Below, piece after piece: positions 42,681 through 53,267 of a DNA stretch of 64,000 bases. Origin of the DNA: an uncultured Bacilli bacterium (GTDB lineage Bacteria; Bacillota_I; Bacilli_A; RF39; UBA660). Under the pieces are notes generated by a model. The model had not been told where the DNA came from. It did not search any database and was given only the letters and a program-made list of their open reading frames with translations. The first letter of the stretch is position 1. Each line of letters starts with the position of its first letter. The position numbers and the translations under genes are program-made. The stretch spans positions 15,592-79,591 of the forward strand of contig CASTSB010000006.1 in assembly GCA_949451605.1 (NCBI GenBank). Reading direction: 5' to 3'.

Positions 42681-43556
42681 ATGAAGAATAAATTTGATGC
42701 TTATAAAAAGCAGATTTTAAAAAATATGATTATATGTAATTTGTTTGGAAAAAAGAAACTTATTATGAAATATTATGAACAAATGACTGGAAGAACATAT
42801 GATTTTGATAATCCTAAAACTTTTATTGAGAAATTAAATACTAGAAAGGCTTCTACTGATAAGTTGCTTACTAGATGCTGTGATAAAGTAGCAGTTAGGG
42901 AATATGTAAAAGAAAAAATAGGGGAAGAGTATTTAATACCTGAATATTTTGTTGCTGATAAGCTTACTAGTAAGTTATATGATGATATGCCTAATCAGTG
43001 TGTTTTAAAAACTGCATCAGGTTCTGGTACAATTGAAATTATATATGATAAAGAAAAATGTAACAAAGAAGAAATTATAAAGTTAATGAGAGAATATCAA
43101 AAAGTTAAGTTCCATTATGTATGGGGTGAAATGTTTTATAAACATGTTAAAAATAGGATAATATGTGAGAAGCTTTTGCTGACAGAAGAAGGTAAAGTTC
43201 CAGTTGATTATAAAATTCATTATTTTAGAAATGGTGGTAAGCCTAAATATTTTATTGAAATTGATTTTGATAGATTTGGAGATCATAGAAGAAATTATTA
43301 TGATGAAAAATTTGAGTTGTTAGATCTTCAAGAACTTCATCCTAATTATGAAGGAAAAGTACAAAAACCTAAAAATTGGGATAAATTATTAGAAGTTGCA
43401 AAAAAATTAAGTGAAGACTTTGATTATGTTAGAGTTGATTTGTATAGTTTTGAAGAAAAAGTATATTTTGGAGAACTAACTTTTTGTCATAACGCAGCAT
43501 TCAGTAAATTTAACCCAGAAAAGTGGAATGTTGAATTTGGAAAATATTTTAAATAA
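42681..43556 (+). CDS. TupA-like ATP-grasp protein
   Basis: NPKTFIEKL, DKVAVREYV, DYKIH, FDYVRVDLY, FGELTF. Confidence 0.9.
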   Translation: MKNKFDAYKKQILKNMIICNLFGKKKLIMKYYEQMTGRTYDFDNPKTFIEKLNTRKASTDKLLTRCCDKVAVREYVKEKIGEEYLIPEYFVADKLTSKLYDDMPNQCVLKTASGSGTIEIIYDKEKCNKEEIIKLMREYQKVKFHYVWGEMFYKHVKNRIICEKLLLTEEGKVPVDYKIHYFRNGGKPKYFIEIDFDRFGDHRRNYYDEKFELLDLQELHPNYEGKVQKPKNWDKLLEVAKKLSEDFDYVRVDLYSFEEKVYFGELTFCHNAAFSKFNPEKWNVEFGKYFK

Positions 43557-43567
43557 AAAACAAGCAT

Positions 43568-44953
43568 TTAGTCTGCTTGTTTTTCTGTTTCAAAGTAGAA
43601 ACTGGTTCCTTTATTTTCTTTTGTTGTTACCCCATAATTAAAATTATGCTTTTCTAAGATGTTTTTTACTATAGAAAGTCCCAGCCCTGTTCCAATTAAG
43701 TTTCTTTTATGTTTCTTTTTGTTTTTATAGTATTTATCCCAGATGTATGGAAGATCTTCTTTTTTTATACCTTTTCCTGTATCTTTGATTTCTACTCTTA
43801 TAATATTATTTTTATCTAAAATAGTAATAAATATCTTATTGTCGTTTCCAGTATAATTAATGGCATTATTTATCAGATTATAAATAGCTTGTTCTATTTT
43901 TTGTTTATCAGCTTTAAGTATTATTTTTTTCTTATTATGCTTAAATATAAAGTTATAATTTTCTAATTCTTTTAAATAACTATAACTTTTTAAAATATTG
44001 TTAGTTAGTTCTACTAGATCGAAACTTTCGATATTTAATTCTTCGATATCAGACTGCATTTTAGAAAGAATCAAAATATCGTTTACTAAAGTAGTTAATC
44101 TATTTGTTTCATTAATAATAATTTTCATATCTTCCTTTTGCTTTTCCTTGTTGTCGCTATGTAAGTCAGTAGACATTTCTGCATAGGCTTTTATCATTGT
44201 GAGTGGTGTTTTTAAATCGTGAGATACATTAGCCATTAAGTCTCTTCTTAATTCATCGGTTTTTATAAGTTCATTTTTAGTATAATTTAAAGTCTTAGCA
44301 AGTTCATTTATTTCTAGAATGTCATTTTCTGCAAAGTCTATATTAAAGTTACCTTTAGCAAGATGTTTTGCTTCATTTGAAATGTTTTCAATGGGTTTAG
44401 ATATATGAATGGATATAAAATAAGAAATAGTAAAGGCAAGTAGAATAGTTATGATTGTTATTACTAATAATTGATTTTTTAAAATTACTACGGTTGATTC
44501 GATTGGATCTAGGGATGTATTTACAAATGCAAAGGTTCCATTATTGAGTTTTAGGGCACTTACTAGTGAATTAGTATCATATTCTTGATTAATAATTTCG
44601 TAAGTTCCTTCACTTTTGCCACTGGTTATAAATAAAGCCTTATAGCTTTGACCTTGAAGGCAACCTTTTCCTCTAAAAGCAGATCTATATAGGGTAATAC
44701 CACCACTATCTACTATTTCTACACAAACTTCTTTTTCTAGTGAATTTTTGTTAATAATTGATGCTAAATAATTAGAATTTTGATTATTTTTGATTTTTTT
44801 GGCCACTGTTTTAGTGTCTTGTATTTTAGTAATCTCATAATATTTATTAAAAAATATTACTTGAAAGAACCATAGAAATGATAGAATAAATAGCGAAAAA
44901 ATAAGAAAGTATTTCCATATCTTTTGATTTAAACTATTCTTCTTCATTTTCAA
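43568..44953 (-). CDS. HAMP-domain sensor histidine kinase
   Basis: Two TM segments, ANVSHDLKTPLT, NLINNAINY, DTGKGI, GTGLGLSI. Confidence 0.96.
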   Translation of the reverse strand: MKMKKNSLNQKIWKYFLIFSLFILSFLWFFQVIFFNKYYEITKIQDTKTVAKKIKNNQNSNYLASIINKNSLEKEVCVEIVDSGGITLYRSAFRGKGCLQGQSYKALFITSGKSEGTYEIINQEYDTNSLVSALKLNNGTFAFVNTSLDPIESTVVILKNQLLVITIITILLAFTISYFISIHISKPIENISNEAKHLAKGNFNIDFAENDILEINELAKTLNYTKNELIKTDELRRDLMANVSHDLKTPLTMIKAYAEMSTDLHSDNKEKQKEDMKIIINETNRLTTLVNDILILSKMQSDIEELNIESFDLVELTNNILKSYSYLKELENYNFIFKHNKKKIILKADKQKIEQAIYNLINNAINYTGNDNKIFITILDKNNIIRVEIKDTGKGIKKEDLPYIWDKYYKNKKKHKRNLIGTGLGLSIVKNILEKHNFNYGVTTKENKGTSFYFETEKQAD

Positions 44954-45599
44954 TAAATTTATATCCTATACTTCTTACTGTTATTATATGATTTCGATAT
45001 TTTCCTAGATTATTTCTTAACATTTTTATATGAGTATCTATAGTTCTATCATCGCCAAAATATGAATAACCCCATAGTTTTGATAAAAGTTGTTCTCTTG
45101 AAACCGCAATATTTTTATTTTCTATCAAGTAACTTAGAATTTCAAATTCTTTTGGAGTTAAATTTATTAATTTATTATCGATTTTTAAAGTATGTTGTAA
45201 GAAATCTATTTCTAAAGTATTAAGCTTATAGATATCTTGGTGATTTGTTCTTTTACTTAGAGCTTTTATTCTGGCGATAAGTTCTTTAGGTGAAAAAGGT
45301 TTAGTAATGTAGTCATCTATTCCTAATTCAAATCCTTGTAGTTTATCGTATTCATCGCCTCTTGCAGATAAAATAATGGTTGGAATTCTTTTTTCTTTTG
45401 GAATGTTTTCTAGTAAAGCAAAGCCATCCATCTTTGGCATCATAATATCTAATACTAATATATCGAATTTCTCTTTTTCTAAAGCTTCTAGGGCACTTTT
45501 GCCATCTTCTTTTTCTTCTACTTCAAAGTTTTCTACTAGACAATATTCTTTAATAACATTTCTTATCTTTTCTTCGTCATCAACTATTAAAATTTTCAT
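44934..45599 (-). CDS. OmpR-family response regulator
   Basis: ILIVDDE, LDIMMP, KPFSPKEL, RTIDTHIK.LR, TVRSIGYK. Confidence 0.97.
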   Translation of the reverse strand: MKILIVDDEEKIRNVIKEYCLVENFEVEEKEDGKSALEALEKEKFDILVLDIMMPKMDGFALLENIPKEKRIPTIILSARGDEYDKLQGFELGIDDYITKPFSPKELIARIKALSKRTNHQDIYKLNTLEIDFLQHTLKIDNKLINLTPKEFEILSYLIENKNIAVSREQLLSKLWGYSYFGDDRTIDTHIKMLRNNLGKYRNHIITVRSIGYKFIENEEE

Positions 45600-45618
45600 A
45601 ATACTTCACCAATTTAAT

Positions 45619-45650
45619 ATTATACAAAAAATTTGAAAATTTTGTGAAAA
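45619..45650 (-). promoter_or_regulatory. Two-component operon promoter with 11-bp-period TTTTCA direct repeat
   Basis: Minus strand reads TTTTCACAAAA-TTTTCAAATTT followed by TATAAT. Confidence 0.45.
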
Positions 45651-45651
45651 T

Positions 45652-46944
45652 TTATGCATTTACATATTTATCTAATATAAAGTAGTCATAAATTGTAACT
45701 GTTATTATATTTAGAGTACTAGAAATAACTAGACCCCATAGTCCAATTCTAAATAACGAAAAAATAAAAAGCGATGAGCATCTAATTATGGTTCCGATAA
45801 AGATAGCTTTCATATTAGCAGATGACTTACCAATGGCATCAAGTGATGCAGAAAGAGGGGATTGTATATATTGAATTAGAAAGATTGGAGCAAGTATTCT
45901 TAAATAATTGGCGCCTTCAGTTGTATTATAAATAAATTTAAGAAGAGTAGAAGGACAACTTATAAAGAAAAAAGTAGCGGAACATCCTATTATTAGAGAA
46001 AGAAAAATTGCTAGTTTTATTTTTGTTTTGACACTTTTTTTCTTCTTTAGAGCATAATCTTTTGAAATTGTTGGTAGTAGGGCTTGAGAAATTGCCATTG
46101 TAAAAAAGGATGGAGTCATAATAAGTGGTATGACATATCCAGTAATAATTCCGTAATTATAATTTATATATATAGAAGAATAGCCAATAAGTTTTAAAGT
46201 AAAGGTTAGAATAATTGGTTCTAAGAAAAAGCCTATATTTCCTATTAGCCTAGCACCTGTATTAGGTATACCTATGGATAAAGCTGATTTAACATAATCA
46301 AATTCTGGTATTAAATCTTTTTTTGTAATATTTAAGTTTTTAGGTAAAAATAACATCATAATAAAAATTGAAATTATCTCTGTTATTACATTTGATAGAA
46401 TTAAAAAACAGATTATATAAGAATAACTTTTATTTGCAATAAGAGGAAGATATAGAGTAAAAAGAAGTAGTTTTATTATTGATTCAACTATATGGGCAAA
46501 TGTACTTGGTATAACTTTATTTTTACCTAAGAAATAACTGCTAATTATAGAGCCAATACTAGTAAATGGTATTATAAAACCAATACATACTACTCCTAAA
46601 TAAAGGTCTGTTGACTTAAGTAGTTTTTCAGAAAGAAACGGGGCAATTATAAAGATTCCAATCATCAAAAATATATTTATAAAGGCAACAAAAGGAAGAA
46701 TTGAAAATACTAGCTTTTGATTATTTCTTTTTTCTTCCGCGACTAGTTTGGAAATAGCAGTAGGGATACCAAATTGGCTTAGACTTATAACAAGAGATAG
46801 TGTTGGCATAAGCATCATGTATAAACCTAGGACTTCTGTAGATATTTGTCTAGACATAATTATTTTTGTAACCATACTAAGTATTTTTGTTATAAATCCG
46901 CCTATAAGTAATATAAAAGTCGTTTTTATAAATTTATTTTTCAT
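45652..46944 (-). CDS. SpoVB/MurJ-like MOP-superfamily flippase
   Basis: FIKTTFILLIGG.ITKIL, GIPTAISKLVAE, many TM segments; CATAGTAT sigmaE-like -10 just upstream. Confidence 0.8.
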   Translation of the reverse strand: MKNKFIKTTFILLIGGFITKILSMVTKIIMSRQISTEVLGLYMMLMPTLSLVISLSQFGIPTAISKLVAEEKRNNQKLVFSILPFVAFINIFLMIGIFIIAPFLSEKLLKSTDLYLGVVCIGFIIPFTSIGSIISSYFLGKNKVIPSTFAHIVESIIKLLLFTLYLPLIANKSYSYIICFLILSNVITEIISIFIMMLFLPKNLNITKKDLIPEFDYVKSALSIGIPNTGARLIGNIGFFLEPIILTFTLKLIGYSSIYINYNYGIITGYVIPLIMTPSFFTMAISQALLPTISKDYALKKKKSVKTKIKLAIFLSLIIGCSATFFFISCPSTLLKFIYNTTEGANYLRILAPIFLIQYIQSPLSASLDAIGKSSANMKAIFIGTIIRCSSLFIFSLFRIGLWGLVISSTLNIITVTIYDYFILDKYVNA

Positions 46945-47045
46945 ATTTAATACTATGAATTTAAAAAAAATATATGTACTTAATTAGAATTTATGGTATT
47001 ATATTATTAAGTAAGATAAATGGCTGAACATTTATAATATTTGAG

Positions 47046-47942
47046 GTGGACAAAATGAACGATATAATAGATTTTTTAACATCAAAGGAGATTATTGTTG
47101 TCTACATAGTAGTAGCAGTAGCTTGCCTTTTATGTTTTGTTATATATTTAATAGATAAGAATTATGCAAAGAGAAAAAGAAGACAAAATACTAAAAAATT
47201 AAATAAATTAGTTGAAGATGTAAATATAAAATTAGAAGAAGAAAATAAGGATAAAGTAGTTACAAAAACTAAAGTAGAAGCATCAAGTGAACCTGTTATG
47301 ATTGCTCCTTCAGTAGATGTTGTTAGTAATAAATCTAAAGTTTCTCAAGTAAAAGAAGCACCTAAAAAACAAAGTTTTAATAGTAGTGAGAAAAATGTTT
47401 CTAATACAGCTTTTGATAAAATGGAAAAAGAAATCCACAAAGTTAATGAAAAGATTGAGGAGCTTGTTTATACTGATATTGAACCAGATAGAGAGCAAGC
47501 TACTAGAGAGTTAATGCAACTAACTCTTGAACTTGAAAAAGCTGAATTAGAAAAGAAATCTACTATAAATATTGAAGAGTATGAAAGTGCTCAAGAAGAA
47601 AATGCAATTATAAGTTTAGAAGAATTGACTAAGAAAAGTAGTGAGATGTATCTTCAAAATGAGGTTACTCAATATGCTGATGAAGGTAATGAGCCTATTA
47701 GTCTTGAAGATTTAGAACTTAGGAAAAAACAAGCAATGAATACTGAAATAGTAGAAGATAAAAAGGAAGAAGTTAAAAGAGATAGTGAATATTATTCACA
47801 AATGATTTCTCCTGTATTTAATTATAATAATAAAAATGATATCGAAAATACTGCAGATTATGATAAGTTTGATGAAGAATTGCAAAAGACTCAAGAATTT
47901 TTGATATCCTTGAAAGATTTACAAAGTAAATTGAATTCTTAA
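47046..47942 (+). CDS. Membrane-anchored acidic/coiled-coil hypothetical protein
   Basis: N-terminal TM segment followed by a basic patch; YESAQEENAIISLEEL. Confidence 0.75.
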   Translation: MDKMNDIIDFLTSKEIIVVYIVVAVACLLCFVIYLIDKNYAKRKRRQNTKKLNKLVEDVNIKLEEENKDKVVTKTKVEASSEPVMIAPSVDVVSNKSKVSQVKEAPKKQSFNSSEKNVSNTAFDKMEKEIHKVNEKIEELVYTDIEPDREQATRELMQLTLELEKAELEKKSTINIEEYESAQEENAIISLEELTKKSSEMYLQNEVTQYADEGNEPISLEDLELRKKQAMNTEIVEDKKEEVKRDSEYYSQMISPVFNYNNKNDIENTADYDKFDEELQKTQEFLISLKDLQSKLNS

Positions 47943-48008
47943 TAAAATGGATAATTATCAAATAGTGTATGTAGTTACAAAATAATTGATAATTATTTAT
48001 AAATTGAT

Positions 48009-48036
48009 AAAAAGAGCGTTCCTGCTCTTTTTTTTT
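48009..48036 (+). terminator. Intrinsic terminator
   Basis: aaaagagc-gttcct-gctctttt plus long T run. Confidence 0.8.
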
Positions 48037-48274
48037 GGAAAAATCCAATATTCTTCGAATTATATAAATAGAATGGTAAATAATCAAAGTAAATAGAAAA
48101 CAATGTTAGTTATATAGATCAATATAGTATAATAACAAATTTAATGTTTAGAAGATAATGTAGACAGTAAAAAAATAAAGTATATAACAAAAAGTAGAAT
48201 TATTTAAAACAGTCAAAATTTAGAAATATTTATGGTTTTTAATTATAAACAAAAATTGAAGATAGGAGTATTTT

Positions 48275-49273
48275 ATGTTAGATATAAATTTTAACCAAAT
48301 TATTGAAATAATTAAAAGAAGAAAAAATAATGCTTATAGAAAAGTAAATGAAGAATTAATTTTGCTTTATTTAGATGTTGGCAAATTTTTATATGAATTA
48401 ATAGAAAATAGTAGTTATGGAGATAAAATAACTACAAAAGCAGCAAATTTTATGAAAACTAATTATCCTGAAGTAAAAGAGTTTACTAAAAGAAATGTTG
48501 AAAGAATGGTACAGTTTTATAAAACTTATAAAGATGACGAGATTGCGACGCCAATGGTGACGCAATTAAGTTGGACAAATAATTTATTAATTTTAAGTGG
48601 TTCAAAATCAATCCAAGAAAGGCATTTCTATCTACAATTATCTATTAAGGGAAATTATTCAAAAAGAGAATTGGATAGACAAATTTCATCTGCTTATTAT
48701 GAACGATATTTATTATCAGAAGGTAATGCACTTCCAACTACAAATAAAACTATTGATGAAGAGGATTATCTAGATACAAGAATCTTAGATCTTTATAGTT
48801 TAGAATTTTTAGACCTACCAAATGAATATACTGAAAGCGATTTAAAAAATGCTATTGTAAAAAATCTAAAAGATTTTATTTTGGAAGTTGGAAAAGATTT
48901 TACTTTTATTGGTGATGAATATCGTGTTCAAATTGGTAATCATGATCTATTTATTGATTTATTATTTTTTAATCGTGAATTATCTTGTCTTGTTGCTTTT
49001 GAGTTAAAATTAGGTGAATTTAAAGCAGAATATTTGGGAAAGATGAATTTATATTTAGAAGCCCTTGATAGAGATGTTAAAAAGAAAAATGAGAATCCTA
49101 GTGTTGGGGTCATTTTATGCAGTTCTAAAGATAAAAATATAGTTGAATATTAACTTAGTAAAAATATGTCGCAAACATTAATTTCAGAATATAAATTAAA
49201 ATTAATTGATAAAAACTTATTAGAAAATAAATTAAGTGAGATGAAGCAAATTTTTGAATTAAAAGAAAGATAA
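48275..49273 (+). pseudogene. YhcG/DUF1016 PD-(D/E)XK nuclease with premature stop at 49151-49153
   Basis: LSWT, FILEVGKDFTFIG, IDLLFFNRELSCLVAFELK, GKMNLYL; family-like tail LSKNMSQTLISEYKLKLIDKNLLENKL continues in frame past TAA. Confidence 0.8.
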
Positions 49274-49475
49274 AGTAAATATGAATAGAAAATGCCTAGA
49301 TTAAGAAATTATTAATAAGGACACTTAAGTAAAGCATATATTTGATTCGTTATTAATAAATTTAGAAAATATAAAATTAAATAAAACAAGTATATCAAGT
49401 TTTTTCTTTCTATAAAAGCATTATTGTGATATAATTCATAGGTACTTAGGGGATATTAGAAAGTAGTTGATATTA

Positions 49476-50747
49476 ATGAGAAGTGTTGGAATACTAAGTT
49501 TAGGGTGTAAGGTAAATACTTATGAAAGTGAGTATGTAGCAAGTGCTTTAAAAGAAGCTGGGTATGTCATAAAAGATTTTAATGAAGTGTGTGATGTTTA
49601 TATTATAAATACATGTACAGTTACAAATACAAGTGATATTAAGTCGCGTAAAATGATTAGATCAGCAATTAAAAGAAATCCTTTAGCTTGTGTTGTTGCG
49701 ATGGGATGTTTTATACAAGCTAATAAGGATTTTAGTATTGAAGGTTTAGATATAGTTTTAGGTAATAAAGATAAAAGTAAAATAGTAAGTTTATTGGATG
49801 AATATTTTGAAAAGAAAGAAACTATTAATAGACTATATAATGATGATTTGACTAATTTTGAAGATATGTTTATAAATGAATTTCCTGGCAGAACTCGAGC
49901 TTTTGTAAAAATTCAAGATGGTTGTGAGAACTTTTGTAGCTATTGTATTATTCCTTTTGTTCGTGGTAAATGTCGTAGTAAAGAAATGTCAAAAGTAATT
50001 GAAGAAGTTAAATCTTTAGTAAGTAATGGATATAAAGAAGTCGTATTAACAGGAATTCACACTGGTAATTATGGAAGAGATTTGGAAGTGTCTTTTGCAG
50101 ATCTATTAAAAGAATTAGTTACTATTAAGGGACTTGAAAGACTCAGAATTTCTTCTATAGAAGTTACTGAATTAAATGATGAAGTTTTAAATGTTTTAAA
50201 GAATTCAAAAGTGATAGTTGATCATTTACATATTCCTTTACAAGCAGGTTCAAATGAAATACTAAAGGCTATGAATAGAAAATATGAGTTAGATTACTTC
50301 TTTGATAAAATAAAAGAGATTAGAGACATACGCCCTAATATATCTATTAGTACAGATGTAATTGTTGGTTTTCCAGGTGAAGATGAGGAACTTTTCAAAA
50401 AGACTATGGAAACTTGTAGGAAGCTTGCTTTTACTAAGATACATGTATTTCCTTATAGTGAGAGACATGGTACTAAAGCTGCATTTTTTACTAACCAAGT
50501 TGATGTTGGAGTTAGAAAAAGAAGAGCTCGCGAGTTATTAGAAGTTTCTCATGAATTAGAAGAAGAATATATGAAGAAACATATAGGAAAAACTGTTGAA
50601 GTTTTAGTAGAAGAAGTAAAAGATGGAGTAAGTATAGGTCATACTGGTAATTATTTGCATGTTAAGATTTTAAAAGAACTTAAGCATAACGAATTATATA
50701 ATGTAGTAATTAAGAGTTGTGAGTATCCATATTGTATTGCAGAATAA
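49476..50747 (+). CDS. mtaB: tRNA methylthiotransferase MtaB
   Basis: LGCKVNTYES, INTCTVT, KIQDGCENFCSYC radical SAM motif. Confidence 0.95.
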   Translation: MRSVGILSLGCKVNTYESEYVASALKEAGYVIKDFNEVCDVYIINTCTVTNTSDIKSRKMIRSAIKRNPLACVVAMGCFIQANKDFSIEGLDIVLGNKDKSKIVSLLDEYFEKKETINRLYNDDLTNFEDMFINEFPGRTRAFVKIQDGCENFCSYCIIPFVRGKCRSKEMSKVIEEVKSLVSNGYKEVVLTGIHTGNYGRDLEVSFADLLKELVTIKGLERLRISSIEVTELNDEVLNVLKNSKVIVDHLHIPLQAGSNEILKAMNRKYELDYFFDKIKEIRDIRPNISISTDVIVGFPGEDEELFKKTMETCRKLAFTKIHVFPYSERHGTKAAFFTNQVDVGVRKRRARELLEVSHELEEEYMKKHIGKTVEVLVEEVKDGVSIGHTGNYLHVKILKELKHNELYNVVIKSCEYPYCIAE

Positions 50748-50772
50748 GGTATAAATTTTATTAGTTGTTGTA

Positions 50773-50786
50773 AAAACAAATGTTTG
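50773..50786 (+). promoter_or_regulatory. Possible LexA box in recD2 promoter
   Basis: AAAACAAATGTTTG immediately before TATAAT 50788-50793. Confidence 0.35.
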
Positions 50787-50825
50787 ATATAATATTTTCT
50801 GTAAGTTATTGAAAGTGGAGGTATC

Positions 50826-53024
50826 ATGGAAGAAGTTTATATAAAAGGTAAATATTCAAGATTAATTTTTCAAAATAGTAGTTCTGGTTATACGATAGGA
50901 GTTTTTAAAGTACATGATACAAATAGTGAAGCTTTAAGTGATTATATTGGAAGAAGCTTAACTTTTACTGGTTATTTTCATGAGTTAAATGAAAATGATT
51001 TATATATGCTTTATGGTAAGTTAGTTAGCCATGAAAAGTATGGAGAGCAATTTAGTGTTTCTAGATATGATAGATGTAGACCTGAGGAGAAAGATTCGAT
51101 TGTTGAATTTCTAACTAGTGGGCTATTTAAAGGAATAGGAGAGAAAAAAGCTCAAGCTATTGTAGATGTTTTAGGAAGTGAAACATTGAAAATAATATTA
51201 GAAACTCCAGATAATTTGATTTTAATTCCAGGAATTACTAAAAAGAATGCTGATATGCTTCATGAAAAGCTAAAAGAATATGAAGCTAGTTATCAGAGCA
51301 TTATTTATTTAACCGATTTAGGATTTACTACTAAGGAATCTATGATTATTTATAATCACTATAAAGGAAAGACTGAGACAGTAATAAAAAATGACATTTA
51401 CAGTTTGGTGTTAGATATTGTAGATTTAAATTTTAAAAGAGTTGATTATATAGCTTTAAATATGGGAGTAGAAAAAGATCATTTAATTAGAATTCGATCA
51501 GCTATTTTATATATTATGGATGAAGTGAGTAATTTGTATGGTCATAGCTATTATTTTTATGATGAAATTTATAAACTTATTCATAGAGTAATAGGAATAA
51601 ATATAAGTGAAGATAGTTTTATTGAAGCTCTTAATAGTTTAGAAAAAGATTTACTAATTGTTGTTAAAGAGGATAAATATTATTTAAAAGAAATGTATGA
51701 AGCGGAAATTTTAATAGTAAAAAGATTTAGACTACTTGCTAGCAATGATGATAATAGTTGTAAAAAAATAGATGATGCATTAAATGAATTAGAAGAATTT
51801 TTTAGAATTAAATATAATGATGAACAGCGATTGGCTATTAAAAATAGTTATTTAAAAGATTTTTTAATTATTACTGGAGGTCCTGGTACTGGTAAGACTA
51901 CTATAATGAAGGGAATAACTGAACTTTATAGACAGCTTAATAAACTTTCTTACATGGATTTACAAGAGAAGGTTGCATTACTTGCTCCAACTGGTAGAGC
52001 AGCTAAGAGAATGGCAGACTCAACTGGTCTTCGTGCTAGTACAATCCATAGATTTTTAAAATGGAATAGAGAAACTAATAAATTTCAAGTAAATGAATAT
52101 AACAAAAGTAAAGTAGAATTTGTTTTAATTGATGAAGCTAGTATGATAGATACTTATTTAATGGCTGCTTTATTAAAAGGAATTAGCGCAAACTGTAAGA
52201 TTATAATAGTGGGGGATGATCATCAACTTCCATCAGTTGGACCTGGTAATTTATTGCATGATTTGATAGAGAGTTGCAAATTACCAGTTGTTAAGTTGAA
52301 AGAATTATATAGACAAGGGAAAGATTCAAATATAATAACTTTAGCTTATGATATTAGAAAAGAGTCTATTGATAGTAGTATATTTAATGTGGAAGATGAT
52401 CTAACATTTATAGATTCAACTGCAGAAGAGGTTGTCTTTAACATTATGGATATATGTAGGACTTATAAGGATTATTCTTATAAAGATTTTCAAATTCTTG
52501 CACCTATGTATAAGACTATAGCAGGTATTGATGAGATAAATAAAAACTTACAAGATATTTTTAATCCTAAAGAAAAGTCTAAAAAAGAAATAAAAATTGG
52601 TGATGTTGTTTTTAGAGAAGGTGATAAAGTTATCCAGTTAACTAATATGCCTGATGATAATGTATATAATGGTGATATTGGTATCATTTCAAGAATTAGT
52701 TTATCTCCTAAAAAAGAAGTTGAAATCGAATTTGATAATAATATAGTTAGATATACGCCTAGTAATTTTAATAATTTTAGGCAAGCTTATGCTATTTCTA
52801 TCCATAAAGCTCAAGGAAGCGAATTTGATATTGTAATTATGCCAGTTGTAAAGAATTATAATAAAATGCTTTATCAAAAGTTAGTTTATACTGGTGTAAC
52901 AAGAAGTAAAAAGAAACTTTATATAATAGGTTCACTTGAGAGTATGAATTATGCAGCTTCTAATGTTAATACAGATATTAGAAGAACAACTGTAAAAGAT
53001 TTTTTGATTAATGGTATAAAGTAG
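50826..53024 (+). CDS. recD2: RecD2 helicase
   Basis: TGGPGTGKTT, APTGRAAKRM, IDEASMID, AYAISIHKAQGSEF. Confidence 0.96.
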   Translation: MEEVYIKGKYSRLIFQNSSSGYTIGVFKVHDTNSEALSDYIGRSLTFTGYFHELNENDLYMLYGKLVSHEKYGEQFSVSRYDRCRPEEKDSIVEFLTSGLFKGIGEKKAQAIVDVLGSETLKIILETPDNLILIPGITKKNADMLHEKLKEYEASYQSIIYLTDLGFTTKESMIIYNHYKGKTETVIKNDIYSLVLDIVDLNFKRVDYIALNMGVEKDHLIRIRSAILYIMDEVSNLYGHSYYFYDEIYKLIHRVIGINISEDSFIEALNSLEKDLLIVVKEDKYYLKEMYEAEILIVKRFRLLASNDDNSCKKIDDALNELEEFFRIKYNDEQRLAIKNSYLKDFLIITGGPGTGKTTIMKGITELYRQLNKLSYMDLQEKVALLAPTGRAAKRMADSTGLRASTIHRFLKWNRETNKFQVNEYNKSKVEFVLIDEASMIDTYLMAALLKGISANCKIIIVGDDHQLPSVGPGNLLHDLIESCKLPVVKLKELYRQGKDSNIITLAYDIRKESIDSSIFNVEDDLTFIDSTAEEVVFNIMDICRTYKDYSYKDFQILAPMYKTIAGIDEINKNLQDIFNPKEKSKKEIKIGDVVFREGDKVIQLTNMPDDNVYNGDIGIISRISLSPKKEVEIEFDNNIVRYTPSNFNNFRQAYAISIHKAQGSEFDIVIMPVVKNYNKMLYQKLVYTGVTRSKKKLYIIGSLESMNYAASNVNTDIRRTTVKDFLINGIK

Positions 53025-53043
53025 GAAATTTGGATTCATAATA
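53014..53043 (+). promoter_or_regulatory. sigmaG-like promoter
   Basis: GTATA-N18-CATAATA, matching GHATR-N18-CATWWTA. Confidence 0.55.
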
Positions 53044-53062
53044 ATGGTAGAGGTGAATTAGA

Positions 53063-53236
53063 TTGAAAAGAAATAAGAAAATTGAAATGGCTGCTTTAGC
53101 TGCTGTTGGTACTTGTGCTTTTTTAGGTTATAAATATATGAAAAAACATCCAGAAGTTAAAAGAAATATGATGAATTCAGCTAAAAGTGCAACAAAAAGA
53201 GTTTATGATAAGTTAAATGAAATGGATATGGACTAA
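53063..53236 (+). CDS. Small 57-aa protein, possibly YrzQ-like (absent from ORF track)
   Basis: TTG start after GAGGTG; MKRNKKIEMAALAAVGTCAFLGYKYMKKHPEV...; has its own terminator. Confidence 0.7.
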   Translation: MKRNKKIEMAALAAVGTCAFLGYKYMKKHPEVKRNMMNSAKSATKRVYDKLNEMDMD

Positions 53237-53260
53237 ATCAAAATGATTTAGTCTTTTATT
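53231..53260 (+). terminator. Intrinsic terminator
   Basis: gactaaatca-aaa-tgatttagtc plus T-rich tail. Confidence 0.85.
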
Positions 53261-53267
53261 ATGTTAC

